DNA of 37,923 nucleotides from an uncultured virus (IMG/VR IMGVR_UViG_3300047195_000798) (IMGVR_UViG_3300047195_000798), one strand, 5' to 3'; positions 25,955 through 35,292 are shown, numbered from the stretch's first letter. Translations and numbers: made by a program. Notes: generated from the sequence alone by a model not told the origin.

Positions 25955-27746
25955 AAAAAGAAAGAGGGTATGGCCATATGCACTGGCGATTGTATTATTG
26001 TTGTTGCTGGTGGCTGTAGCAACGAATTACAATGTATTGGTGAGATGGGCCGTCCGTCCACCTAGTCCAACAATCGAGCTAACTCATCCAGATGCCTATG
26101 AAACGATACCGAGCAATGTAACGTATTTCAGTTGGATTGGAAGCGGAGGGGGCGGGCCGTTATGGTATGTATGGTACTGCGATGTCGTCAATACTTTTAA
26201 CAGTCCATTGCGAAGGGTGGTTGACACAGGAACGATGCAGCACTACACGGCATCATTCATGGACGGGACGTATTATTGGAGGGTGGAAGTAACCGACAAC
26301 ATTACTGTCGCTGTGAGCGAAACAAGGAAATTCACCGTAAAAAAGTACGCAACAAATTCATTCCCCTATCTGACCGATGGCTCCGTCACGCCAACCAGCG
26401 GATATAACGACATTCCATATGTTTACAAGGTAACGTTCAACGACCCCAATAACAATCCAGCAGCATGGGTGAGAGCGTACATCGATAGGAATCCGTTCAA
26501 TATGATTGAACAAGATATCTCTGACCTTAATACGATTGATGGGAAGATATATACCTATGCGACACTGCTCAGCGTTGGCAGTCATAATTATACGTTCTTC
26601 TGCTCAGATGGCTTTGCTATCAACCATACTGGAGTATATCTCGGTCCAAATGTGACGCAGACGCCAGGCGGGAGGAAGATGAACAAGGTGACGATACAGG
26701 CTGACAACACCAACAGACAACCGGGGGAAATATTCACCGGGAATTTATTGATCATCCAGGAAAATAAAACAGATAAATACGAGGTGTACTGGTATGTCTC
26801 TCTGCTGGACATATACGATAGAGCAGTCAACTTTGACAGCGGTTCGAGTGCAATACTGACCTCAATCACAGTTGCCTATTCCATTCTTGTTAGCAGTACG
26901 GCAAACACTGGAAACTATCGGTTGGAAGCAAAAACGTATGACCGGCCAAGAAGTCAAGCGGGAGCGGAGCTGCTCGGGACTGACAGCATCGAGGTGACGG
27001 TAGGGGGTCAGTCATGGATTACTATCATTCAGAATGCTCTTGGTACCCTTGGCAGCGCTTTCGGCATAATCCCTATACAATTTTGGTTCGTGGGAATAAT
27101 GTTGGCAGCGGCTGTCATCTATCTGTTCTGGCGCGGGAGAGGAATTCCAAAAAACAATCCCGAAAAATCAAGACGGGAAATGTCTATGGTAAAAAGAAGA
27201 TCGGCGGAAACCAGATCGCTGGAGAAAAAGATGACTCAGCCTGAACGGGGGAACGGCTCTTGGTGGAAGGTGGCATTCGTAGTCATCGTAGCAACACTGA
27301 TTATCGCTGCAGGCTGGATAGTGCTTCCAAGGTATCTCACACCAACTATAGTGGACACGACATTCACCGACGCATCGTACCGTTGGATACGACAAGAAGC
27401 ACCGAACCTGACGACATTCACGGGAAATGGAAGCGATGGGGATTGGGGCACCTGGGAACCATTGTCGAACGTGACGAACGGGACGTACTACTTTTGTAAC
27501 TATAACGTACGAGTTGGTGCGGTCGGAGCAGTATGGGAGGTAAAGGATAGCTACGGACGCACAAACTACACGATGCCTGCGGCCACACTCAGTGAGGCCA
27601 TTATAAAAGTACAAGGCTACTACGATATAGCTGCTGGGACGATAACATATCAGCTCTATTATGGTTCTGCATGGTATGACCTGGCAACTAGGGTATCAGC
27701 GAATGAGTTTTATGAAGAAGCAATACTATGGAAATTCCCTGTCTAG
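25923..27746 (+). CDS. Multi-Ig-domain membrane protein with three TM segments
   Basis: N-terminal TM, FN3/Ig-like GTYYWRV, PYLTDGSVTPTSG domain (shared with the adhesin), two further TM helices. Confidence 0.75.
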   Translation: MYMQDCGKNVKKRKRVWPYALAIVLLLLLVAVATNYNVLVRWAVRPPSPTIELTHPDAYETIPSNVTYFSWIGSGGGGPLWYVWYCDVVNTFNSPLRRVVDTGTMQHYTASFMDGTYYWRVEVTDNITVAVSETRKFTVKKYATNSFPYLTDGSVTPTSGYNDIPYVYKVTFNDPNNNPAAWVRAYIDRNPFNMIEQDISDLNTIDGKIYTYATLLSVGSHNYTFFCSDGFAINHTGVYLGPNVTQTPGGRKMNKVTIQADNTNRQPGEIFTGNLLIIQENKTDKYEVYWYVSLLDIYDRAVNFDSGSSAILTSITVAYSILVSSTANTGNYRLEAKTYDRPRSQAGAELLGTDSIEVTVGGQSWITIIQNALGTLGSAFGIIPIQFWFVGIMLAAAVIYLFWRGRGIPKNNPEKSRREMSMVKRRSAETRSLEKKMTQPERGNGSWWKVAFVVIVATLIIAAGWIVLPRYLTPTIVDTTFTDASYRWIRQEAPNLTTFTGNGSDGDWGTWEPLSNVTNGTYYFCNYNVRVGAVGAVWEVKDSYGRTNYTMPAATLSEAIIKVQGYYDIAAGTITYQLYYGSAWYDLATRVSANEFYEEAILWKFPV

Positions 27747-27830
27747 GTCTATGTCAACATTTTTATAGTGAAAAACCATTCTGTCTAGTATAGCAAGAGA
27801 GAAATCTAAAACTAGGAAGGGAAAGAGAAT

Positions 27831-29063
27831 ATGTTTAGAAGAACAGCAATTATTTTAGTTTTAATGCTGGTGATGAGCGGAACGACAACCATATTGATAT
27901 CAAATGAAAACTACATAGCTAAAGCAGAACAATGGCCAAACTACGTCAATGCGACAATTGCAAATCTAACTGCCACAATTAATGCACGTTTTAGTAATCT
28001 AAGCGCAAAGATGAATGCCACATTTACTGCATTAAGAGAACTAACAATCAACGGAAGTATGAACCTTGCGAACCTGAGTCTAGTTCAACGGCAGATTCTT
28101 TATGGTCTTATAGACAAGTACAACAACTATATATTGCAGAACGGGACGCTCAACGGCCCACGCGGCAATTCGACGTTCGCGAATACGTTCACCAAACTAC
28201 AGCTCCTGCTAACCTCAAATGCAACCATGGCGGGAAAAATCGACAGGATACTACACTGCATAGCCGGGAACAACACACTGACTAATTGGAACTTATTCCA
28301 ACTATCGAATGAGATATTATTCGGATTGATAGACAAGGACAATCGGTACATATTGCATAATGGGACGCTGGCATTTCCGCATGGGAATTCCGCAATGCTC
28401 ATTTCACTGCAGAATGACGTAGTTATCTCGGAGATGATAAAAGCTGCCAGTGCGCTGCAGAGAAACGACACGCAACAAATCGTAAGCGCAGGAGATAGCA
28501 ATAAGAATACATTAACTACTAATCTGAACGATATGGGAAAAACTACTGTAAACAGCGTAGGGAACCTGCAGTGGTGGCTCGCAGCAATACTGGTGATTCT
28601 AGTTCTCTTGACATTCTATATGGTGTATCTAAGGGAAAGGCTACGACGATATTCACCGCGACTGAAGTATCCGCAGTGCTATGGAGAGCCACGGGTGTTC
28701 GATTCAACTGGGGCATGTCAGGGATGCAAACTGAAAGAAGACTGTGAGCGGTCAATCATCGCGACGACGGCAAACCTCCAGGCTCAAGAAGAAGCAATAA
28801 CGACGGAACAGCCAAAAAAGAAGAAGATGGGGCTAGGTCTGCTCAAACGAAATAGAGAACCAATTGTTGAAGCAGAAGAACCGGTAGAAGATGTCCCGCA
28901 ATGTTTTGGAAAATACCTTGCAGGCGACAAAGAATGCACGAAGTGTAGCAAAGCCATGGAATGCATGGATGAGACTCCGGGAGTAAAACCAGCACGGCAG
29001 GATGTACGACAGAGGCAACAACAACCAGCATCTGGATCTTTTGATCCATTGGCAGGGATGTAA
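27831..29063 (+). CDS. Single-pass glycoprotein: helical ectodomain with internal duplication, two cytoplasmic Cys4 motifs
   Basis: Signal peptide; ILYGLIDKYNNYILQNGTL vs ILFGLIDKDNRYILHNGTL; TM; PQCYG...CQGC...C and PQCFG...CTKC...C; own TTTTTATA promoter ~27760. Confidence 0.8.
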   Translation: MFRRTAIILVLMLVMSGTTTILISNENYIAKAEQWPNYVNATIANLTATINARFSNLSAKMNATFTALRELTINGSMNLANLSLVQRQILYGLIDKYNNYILQNGTLNGPRGNSTFANTFTKLQLLLTSNATMAGKIDRILHCIAGNNTLTNWNLFQLSNEILFGLIDKDNRYILHNGTLAFPHGNSAMLISLQNDVVISEMIKAASALQRNDTQQIVSAGDSNKNTLTTNLNDMGKTTVNSVGNLQWWLAAILVILVLLTFYMVYLRERLRRYSPRLKYPQCYGEPRVFDSTGACQGCKLKEDCERSIIATTANLQAQEEAITTEQPKKKKMGLGLLKRNREPIVEAEEPVEDVPQCFGKYLAGDKECTKCSKAMECMDETPGVKPARQDVRQRQQQPASGSFDPLAGM

Positions 29064-29064
29064 A

Positions 29065-29583
29065 ATGACGACAATAACCAGTTGTAAAGATTGCTTCGGA
29101 GTCAAAACTGCAGATGGGAAAAAACTAAAGTACCAGAAGCCAAAATGCGCATACGAGCGCGCTGTAGATTATATGAATGCTTACAATTTTTTCAAAGAAA
29201 AGTGGGGCGACGATTTCCAAGAACTGATTCAAAATGCACAGGCATTGGTACCAGAGACGAATGCATGCAAAGGAGACCGGAATGCTTCCATGGCTATCCT
29301 TGAGCAGCAGGAAATGTTTGACGAGATGAAGGAAAACATGAAGGCGTTCAACGAGGCGATAAAACAGCTTGGGACGGTACTGCCTACAACAACAAAAAAG
29401 CCCGCAAAGGAAAAAGTTCCAAATCGAATGGAAACGTGGCGACCGGACATCAAGGAAGAGAACATGCAAGATGCCCTTGACAAGCTCAAAGAGAGGTACC
29501 CGACATTGACTGAAGCAGACATCGTCACCAGTAAAAATAAGAACAACAATTTGACGATACGATACAGAGTCCCGGCCGATTAG
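29065..29583 (+). CDS. Hypothetical cytoplasmic protein with CxxC and coiled coil
   Basis: ATG one base after the upstream stop; CKDC. Confidence 0.7.
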   Translation: MTTITSCKDCFGVKTADGKKLKYQKPKCAYERAVDYMNAYNFFKEKWGDDFQELIQNAQALVPETNACKGDRNASMAILEQQEMFDEMKENMKAFNEAIKQLGTVLPTTTKKPAKEKVPNRMETWRPDIKEENMQDALDKLKERYPTLTEADIVTSKNKNNNLTIRYRVPAD

Positions 29584-29603
29584 ATTTGAAGATAGGGAGA
29601 GAG

Positions 29604-30317
29604 ATGTGCACGATACGGGCAGGATTACTGCTGTTCAGGAAAGCGGTAAAGCTAAATGCAAAATGGCATCCGTTGGTCATCCCTTTGATAGTCGTCGGCA
29701 TCTATACGACGATGTTTTCGTGCGCCTATTTAGTTTCTGCAGATGATATCGGTGGAATAAACTACAATCAGAATAACACAGGGCAGCCGAACATGTTCTA
29801 TCAGTTCGAAGGACGAGTGTTCATCTTTGGAGAAAGCATCGGCGGAATGTATGTCTATGCCATTCCATCTGGGGGAACACTCACTAGCAAATTCACGGTC
29901 GAAATGCTTGCGAACCAGCACTGCTATTACCAGATAAAACTGGACAACCAGACCGTAGACCAGGGTGACTTTGACTTCTGGAAAAAAGTCCCACTGGAAT
30001 CCCAATATTCTTTTACAGACATTGAAGTGACCTTGAGGAATGGAACTGGGACAACGCTACCGAAATTCACGTTCAGCCATGTGACCATCATGCAAACCGG
30101 TGGCGGTGGCGGAGGTGGTGGTGGAGGCGGTGGCGACGGTGGAGGAAATGTTTCTCCAATCATCGAACCGTACATCAAGATGACACAGGGTCAATGGAAT
30201 CTGTTCATATTGGCCAGGCTCCTTATCGATATCTCGCTTGGTGTATTGGGATATCTCGCTGGATCGAGTCTCGCTGTCATAAAATGCGATTACAGGGGGG
30301 TCGAGCAGGTACTATGA
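29604..30317 (+). CDS. Membrane protein with poly-Gly linker
   Basis: N-terminal hydrophobic segment, beta-rich domain, Gly run at ~30098-30146, C-terminal TM. Confidence 0.75.
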   Translation: MCTIRAGLLLFRKAVKLNAKWHPLVIPLIVVGIYTTMFSCAYLVSADDIGGINYNQNNTGQPNMFYQFEGRVFIFGESIGGMYVYAIPSGGTLTSKFTVEMLANQHCYYQIKLDNQTVDQGDFDFWKKVPLESQYSFTDIEVTLRNGTGTTLPKFTFSHVTIMQTGGGGGGGGGGGGDGGGNVSPIIEPYIKMTQGQWNLFILARLLIDISLGVLGYLAGSSLAVIKCDYRGVEQVL

Positions 30318-30577
30318 GTCGAGCGGAGAAGCGGCTGGAGAAAAGAGTGCAGCAGATGCGTGACCAGGAGACCCATGATGATCCGACCATTCAGTATAGA
30401 AGAACAGTTGTCAAGACTAAGATGTATTGGCCGCTAGAGCTGATGCGGCGAGGGGAGACAAGGGTAATATTCCAATACATAGCAGTATGGGCCTTTATTA
30501 TCATTGCATTTGGAGCTGGATTAGTTCTCCTGATTAGATTTATTCTATTGCATTTCGGGTGGTGGCCATGGCTCTGA
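30314..30577 (+). CDS. Small membrane protein
   Basis: ATGA overlap; long C-terminal hydrophobic helix. Confidence 0.7.
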   Translation: MSRAEKRLEKRVQQMRDQETHDDPTIQYRRTVVKTKMYWPLELMRRGETRVIFQYIAVWAFIIIAFGAGLVLLIRFILLHFGWWPWL

Positions 30578-31590
30578 TAGATGTCCACGAAAATGCGACT
30601 CCAGATATGTACCAGGAAGTCCCAGCAGAGGTACCATCAGATCGCGTCTATGCAGAGCAGCAGGTGATGCAGGAAGAAGCGATATCGAACATGCCACCAT
30701 TGGCGACGCTGCTTCTCCAAAAACAGTATGACCTCTCCCAGACGATAAAGATAATCGCGGGGGTAATCGTGATAGCCGTTCTATGGTATTTCGTTGGATT
30801 GGATGCGGTCATCACCGGTATCATCATGTTCAGCATCTTCTTCGCATTCGGATACATTACGATGATACGGCACATCATGAAGGACAGGACGGTCTTCTTT
30901 GAATCGAGAAAGGCGGGGCAGATCGTAGACCCGAAGCAGCCGGGTGTCCCGCAATATACGCGGAGGTTCCAGGTGGGATTTGACAGGACGGCCATCTGGG
31001 CGGTGCCGAATACGATACTTCGGAAAGGCTTTTTCAGGATACCTGGGGAAGCCGTGACGCCGTTGCCTGGAAACATACACTGGTACTTTGTGGATCTCTT
31101 CGACGAGCGGAACTACACATGCGTATTACCGAGATCGGCGGACGTGGCGAACATCTGCCTGGACGCAAACATGAACCCTTCATTGGGCATGCAGTTCAAC
31201 TATCAGTTGGACATTTTGCAGGAAGTTGAACGCCTGGATCATGAGACGCTCAATCAATGGGAATCGAAGTTGATATCGACAGAGGCTGCAAGGGAAAAGC
31301 TGCTGATAACGCAGCAGAAGATCCAAGCAATACTGGGGCCTGCAGGAAGCGGTGCACGGCGCGATGTTTTCTTCACACTGCAAAGTCAGGTCCCGATACT
31401 GCAAAACTTAGTAAGGGTTGCAAGAAACAGCATCATAGTGCTTGCCAACTCTGTTGCGGCTGAAATTCTTTACGACTACATGAATGAGCCCATGCCTGCC
31501 AAGATCAAAGCCAACATTAATGAAGTACGAAAGCGCTTAAATGCACCATTGGTTGGTGAATTCCGTATTGAAGATTTGTGGGGCATATGA
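30568..31590 (+). CDS. Two-TM membrane protein with large soluble C-terminal domain
   Basis: GGTGGTGG RBS; hairpin TM pair; helical C-terminus. Confidence 0.75.
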   Translation: MALIDVHENATPDMYQEVPAEVPSDRVYAEQQVMQEEAISNMPPLATLLLQKQYDLSQTIKIIAGVIVIAVLWYFVGLDAVITGIIMFSIFFAFGYITMIRHIMKDRTVFFESRKAGQIVDPKQPGVPQYTRRFQVGFDRTAIWAVPNTILRKGFFRIPGEAVTPLPGNIHWYFVDLFDERNYTCVLPRSADVANICLDANMNPSLGMQFNYQLDILQEVERLDHETLNQWESKLISTEAAREKLLITQQKIQAILGPAGSGARRDVFFTLQSQVPILQNLVRVARNSIIVLANSVAAEILYDYMNEPMPAKIKANINEVRKRLNAPLVGEFRIEDLWGI

Positions 31591-31674
31591 TAAAGAAAAA
31601 GAAGAAAGTTAATCGCAGTCCTCCAAAACGATGGAGGTGGTAGAACGCCGATACACGACTCCGAAGAAGACAAG

Positions 31675-32244
31675 ATGAAAACGATACTGAAAGCGCAGGG
31701 ACTGCACCCCTTCGCAAAGATGTCCGTCAACATCGGCAGGGTCAATATGGAGAAGATCGTTGCCATGACGAGATATGCAGAGAGCCTGACAAAACCTCGT
31801 TCGTATCCATTCTTGAGCATAAACCACCCGATAACGTTCTTCGATTTGCATGCGTTGAAGCGGATAAAGTACGATCCGATATACGGATTCGTATGGTATT
31901 ACCAGGAAAAGGGGGAAATGGAAACCTTCGGGGAGCTCGTGCGTGCAGCGGACATGGCCTCAGACGTGCCGCTAGGAACCGCTTCGGAGATTGCTGCGGT
32001 GATTCCGACTACGCAGGGAAAGATGCCGACGATCGTCACGAAGAAAGAGCTGGGGATGAATGACCAGACGACTCAGGAGATGCTCCAGGATTTCAGGCAG
32101 TTTCAAGAGAGGCCCCAAGAACATGAGACAGTGGATGAGACTGAAACAGAGGTCGTGAAAAGGGACGTGCCGAAGTTGATACGATTCGAGGGGGAGCAAG
32201 GAAGATCCGCACCGGTCCCGCCATGGGCAAAGAAAAAAAGGTGA
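31675..32244 (+). CDS. Hypothetical protein upstream of the ATPase (start uncertain)
   Basis: ORF track; frame is open from 31594. Confidence 0.7.
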   Translation: MKTILKAQGLHPFAKMSVNIGRVNMEKIVAMTRYAESLTKPRSYPFLSINHPITFFDLHALKRIKYDPIYGFVWYYQEKGEMETFGELVRAADMASDVPLGTASEIAAVIPTTQGKMPTIVTKKELGMNDQTTQEMLQDFRQFQERPQEHETVDETETEVVKRDVPKLIRFEGEQGRSAPVPPWAKKKR

Positions 32245-32283
32245 GAACAAAGGGAAAGGATCGACACGAAAGAATGCAAGAAT

Positions 32284-34707
32284 TTGATAAAATATAATTC
32301 TCAAACCTGGACTTGCGGAAAAAACATAGTGGGGGAAGACGGTTTTTGCAATTGCGGGACCCATCCAAAGACGGGAGATTTCTTCGTCTATAGGAATTGT
32401 CCAGAATATTCGCCAGTGGAAAAAAGCTCTTTGTCCATTGCTGAAAGAATTTCGAAGGATGTAGGAATAAAAGAAAAGAAATTCAAAGATTCTCTGAAGC
32501 CATTGGACCACACCGAGGTACCCACCGACATATACGATCCCTTTGTGGAAATAAGAATGAAAAAGGATTCGTTCGAGACCGTCCATGCAAAACCACATAT
32601 CCAGAAAAAGAAGATGTTCGATCTCACAAAAGAGTTTTTCGAATCGCTGAAACAGCCGATACCGCACAACGATTCCACAGATATAACGAACCCGAATATC
32701 TTCGACAATATTCAACTCATGAATATTCATATTTATGGCGGCCCGGGGAGTGGAAAGACAACAATGGCCCGTTCCATAGGAGAAAAAATATATGATCATT
32801 ATGGCTCAGAAATCACTGATTGCATAGAGTCATCGTACATCCCGGAGGCGATTGTCGCTATGGATCCTTCGAAGACAGTTTTCGTATTATCAATAGACGA
32901 CCCCATGAGGGAACAAGATGCCAGAAAGCCGAACGATCCGGTCGTCGACGAGGCATGCCAATCGTTCTTCGAGATACGTCACATCCTGATGAGGAGCAAG
33001 GTGAAGTACAAATTGGAGGAATATCTTGACATTAAGCGACTGTCAAAAGAGGACGAGCGTCTGATACGGGAAGAGCGCTGGATAGAACTCGCCAACAAAT
33101 ATCCACTCCCCCTCATCAAATGCAGTGCATTGGTCTTCACCATATTCGGGCCACAGGTTCCGCAGTTGGATCAACGGCTACATCTTGGAAAAGCCTGGGA
33201 GATATACAAGGCGTATGGCTCATTAGACGTCCAGAGACGGGCAATTCTGGAAAAAGAGCTGCAGGAGCATTATTATGTCCAGCATCTCAAGGAGAATGAG
33301 AAGTTGTGGCGCATCGATAAAAACATGGCCTTTATGTCCCGGAGTCTAGTGAAAGATCCATTTGGGGACAAACGGTGCGGGTGGCTCTGGATATATCCGC
33401 CGAAGAAGATGGTGTTCAAGCGCAAAGAGCGCGGGGAGCAGAGGCATCAGGAACGAGTGAAGAACGAGACAGAACTGCTCGACGAATGGGCACATTATCT
33501 TTATTTCAATCGTAAGAACCTCCAACCACCCTACACGCCGCATGAGAAGATACACGACCGGAGGGCATCTATCAACAATTTCATACGGGACACGGTGAGC
33601 ACAGGGATTGATCCAAGGTCGGGGCAGCAACTGCCGCCGCAGGATCAGACTTTTTTCAGGAGGACGAAAAACCTTGTTACGACGCTCGACGACCGCATCA
33701 CGAAGATGTTCGCGGTGCAGGCGGATGAAGAGAAGATCAAATTTATGGCAGAGGCCCTGCTAGCGAGGGCTGAAGAAGAGGAAATCAATCCATTCCAGAA
33801 ATCCGCGCAGGCCTTATTCAGGGCACTGTCTCACAGATTGGAAAACCGGGATGATGAATTTCTAAGAAAAAAAGGCGTATGGACTAGGATATTCGACCTG
33901 GTCATCTACAATTGGATAAAGAAATACGGAGAGGAAACAGAAGACGAGGGTGAGGGGCCGCCAAGGATGGATGGGGCTGCGCGGGTGCCGATGCTGATCG
34001 AACAGATGAGAGAAACAGTGAGAGGGCAGATGAAGGAAGATATCGGAGATACGGCGAAGTTCAATCTCAGCATCGCAGACGCGATAAACCTGGTATTGCA
34101 GGACCGGCAGGATCTGAAGAATGGTGCGGATATCTATTGTAGCATGTATAGCCTCTGCGACAAGGACCACATGACGTGCAAGGAAATGTCGCTGAACTCG
34201 ATGACACTCTATGGGGAGCAGCTCACCGAAGAGCAGGTGAGGTACCGGAAGAATCAGTTCGAAGGCGTCTTGAACCAGAGGATAGGCGACCTATTCGAGA
34301 TATGGCTGGAATCGATACTTAACCAGGGATACGAGATGCCCGGGGTGATTGAAGAGGTCGAGAGGGCAGAGCGAGTTGGGGGCCTGGGAAAGCCAGATCT
34401 CGTCATCACGCACACTGACGGGCGAGAATCGGTGGGATCTGCAAAGTGCTACACGAGTCAGCGGACGGAATCGTTCGAGAAGGCAGAGTTTAACGCAGAG
34501 CTTCTATATCATAGCAGGCTTCTGAGGAACAAAGGGAAATTGTTCTTTATTTACAGAAACCTGGGGATAAAGGATATGCTTTCTGTGAAGGTGTTCGATT
34601 CGGCGATGGATGTACCGCTGAACGTCTATTTCTCACCGAAGGACGCAGGCTCATTCGTATTCAGAAAGAAAGATGAAGTGAAGGAGGAGAAAAATGATAC
34701 TGACTGA
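32284..34707 (+). CDS. P-loop ATPase (A32/Zot-like, FtsK-HerA type) fused to a C-terminal PD-(D/E)xK-type nuclease
   Basis: Walker A GGPGSGKT, Walker B VLSIDD, FFEIRH, PQ...LDQRL; C-terminal GDLFE...GGLGKPDLVI...SAKC; N-terminal Cys cluster. Confidence 0.75.
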   Translation: MIKYNSQTWTCGKNIVGEDGFCNCGTHPKTGDFFVYRNCPEYSPVEKSSLSIAERISKDVGIKEKKFKDSLKPLDHTEVPTDIYDPFVEIRMKKDSFETVHAKPHIQKKKMFDLTKEFFESLKQPIPHNDSTDITNPNIFDNIQLMNIHIYGGPGSGKTTMARSIGEKIYDHYGSEITDCIESSYIPEAIVAMDPSKTVFVLSIDDPMREQDARKPNDPVVDEACQSFFEIRHILMRSKVKYKLEEYLDIKRLSKEDERLIREERWIELANKYPLPLIKCSALVFTIFGPQVPQLDQRLHLGKAWEIYKAYGSLDVQRRAILEKELQEHYYVQHLKENEKLWRIDKNMAFMSRSLVKDPFGDKRCGWLWIYPPKKMVFKRKERGEQRHQERVKNETELLDEWAHYLYFNRKNLQPPYTPHEKIHDRRASINNFIRDTVSTGIDPRSGQQLPPQDQTFFRRTKNLVTTLDDRITKMFAVQADEEKIKFMAEALLARAEEEEINPFQKSAQALFRALSHRLENRDDEFLRKKGVWTRIFDLVIYNWIKKYGEETEDEGEGPPRMDGAARVPMLIEQMRETVRGQMKEDIGDTAKFNLSIADAINLVLQDRQDLKNGADIYCSMYSLCDKDHMTCKEMSLNSMTLYGEQLTEEQVRYRKNQFEGVLNQRIGDLFEIWLESILNQGYEMPGVIEEVERAERVGGLGKPDLVITHTDGRESVGSAKCYTSQRTESFEKAEFNAELLYHSRLLRNKGKLFFIYRNLGIKDMLSVKVFDSAMDVPLNVYFSPKDAGSFVFRKKDEVKEEKNDTD

Positions 34708-35179
34708 TGGAGACATCATTGAGTTATGTAACGCAGAAGAACCGCTGATAGCACCATTCAACGAGAAGCAACTGACACCGAACGGATACGACGTATCAAT
34801 CAAGGAGATAGCTGTTGATGGAAAGACCCTGGAGCCACGGGAGGATAGCAGCGGAAAGAAGATAATCGTCATCCCTGCGAAGAAGCCGTTCATCATCCTG
34901 ACGAGGGAATGGCTCATCATGCCAGCGATAGTCGTAGGAACACCATTTATAAAGACAAAATATGCGCGCATGGGGATAGTTCCAGCCTTTGGTGGTATCG
35001 AGGCCGGATTCAGAGGTAATCTGAACCTTTGTGCAATGAACGGGAACGATGCACCGATAGAGCTTTGTTTGGATGCAACCTTCACCCAGATAATGTTTCA
35101 TCTTGCTGGCAAAAAACCGCAGAAGCTTTATGCCCAGAGATCCGGCAATTATCAGAATCAAGATAGGGTTATGAAGTAA
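34694..35179 (+). CDS. dcd: Trimeric dCTP deaminase/dUTPase family protein
   Basis: MILTD.DI, QLTPNGYDV, ARMGI, IEAGFRGNL, FTQIMF, SGNYQNQ. Confidence 0.85.
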   Translation: MILTDGDIIELCNAEEPLIAPFNEKQLTPNGYDVSIKEIAVDGKTLEPREDSSGKKIIVIPAKKPFIILTREWLIMPAIVVGTPFIKTKYARMGIVPAFGGIEAGFRGNLNLCAMNGNDAPIELCLDATFTQIMFHLAGKKPQKLYAQRSGNYQNQDRVMK

Positions 35180-35220
35180 TAAAAACACCTTGGTTAAAAC
35201 TAATTCTTCTTATAAACCAT

Positions 35221-35292
35221 CGAAACCTTTTTTATCTACAACGCGATACTAAACTGTATCACCTACCCTTGCCCTAAAAAGGCAAGCGTAGG
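35221..35292 (+). promoter_or_regulatory. TATA-like promoter followed by a leader hairpin
   Basis: GAAACC-TTTTTTTAT, then CCTAC-C-CTTGCC/GGCAAG-C-GTAGG stem. Confidence 0.5.

Noticed and set aside
30098..30146. G-rich tract as a G-quadruplex or regulatory repeat
   Set aside because: It encodes a poly-Gly linker with mixed synonymous codons
32242..32244. Genome-wide stop-codon reassignment or selenocysteine
   Set aside because: TGA, TAA and TAG all act as stops elsewhere with ATGA coupling; no suppressor tRNA or recognisable SECIS seen
32284..34707. Terminase large subunit or VirB4
   Set aside because: No RNase H-type C-terminus; Walker B is IDD rather than the DEAH/DEAW of VirB4; the ATPase sits in the N-terminal half
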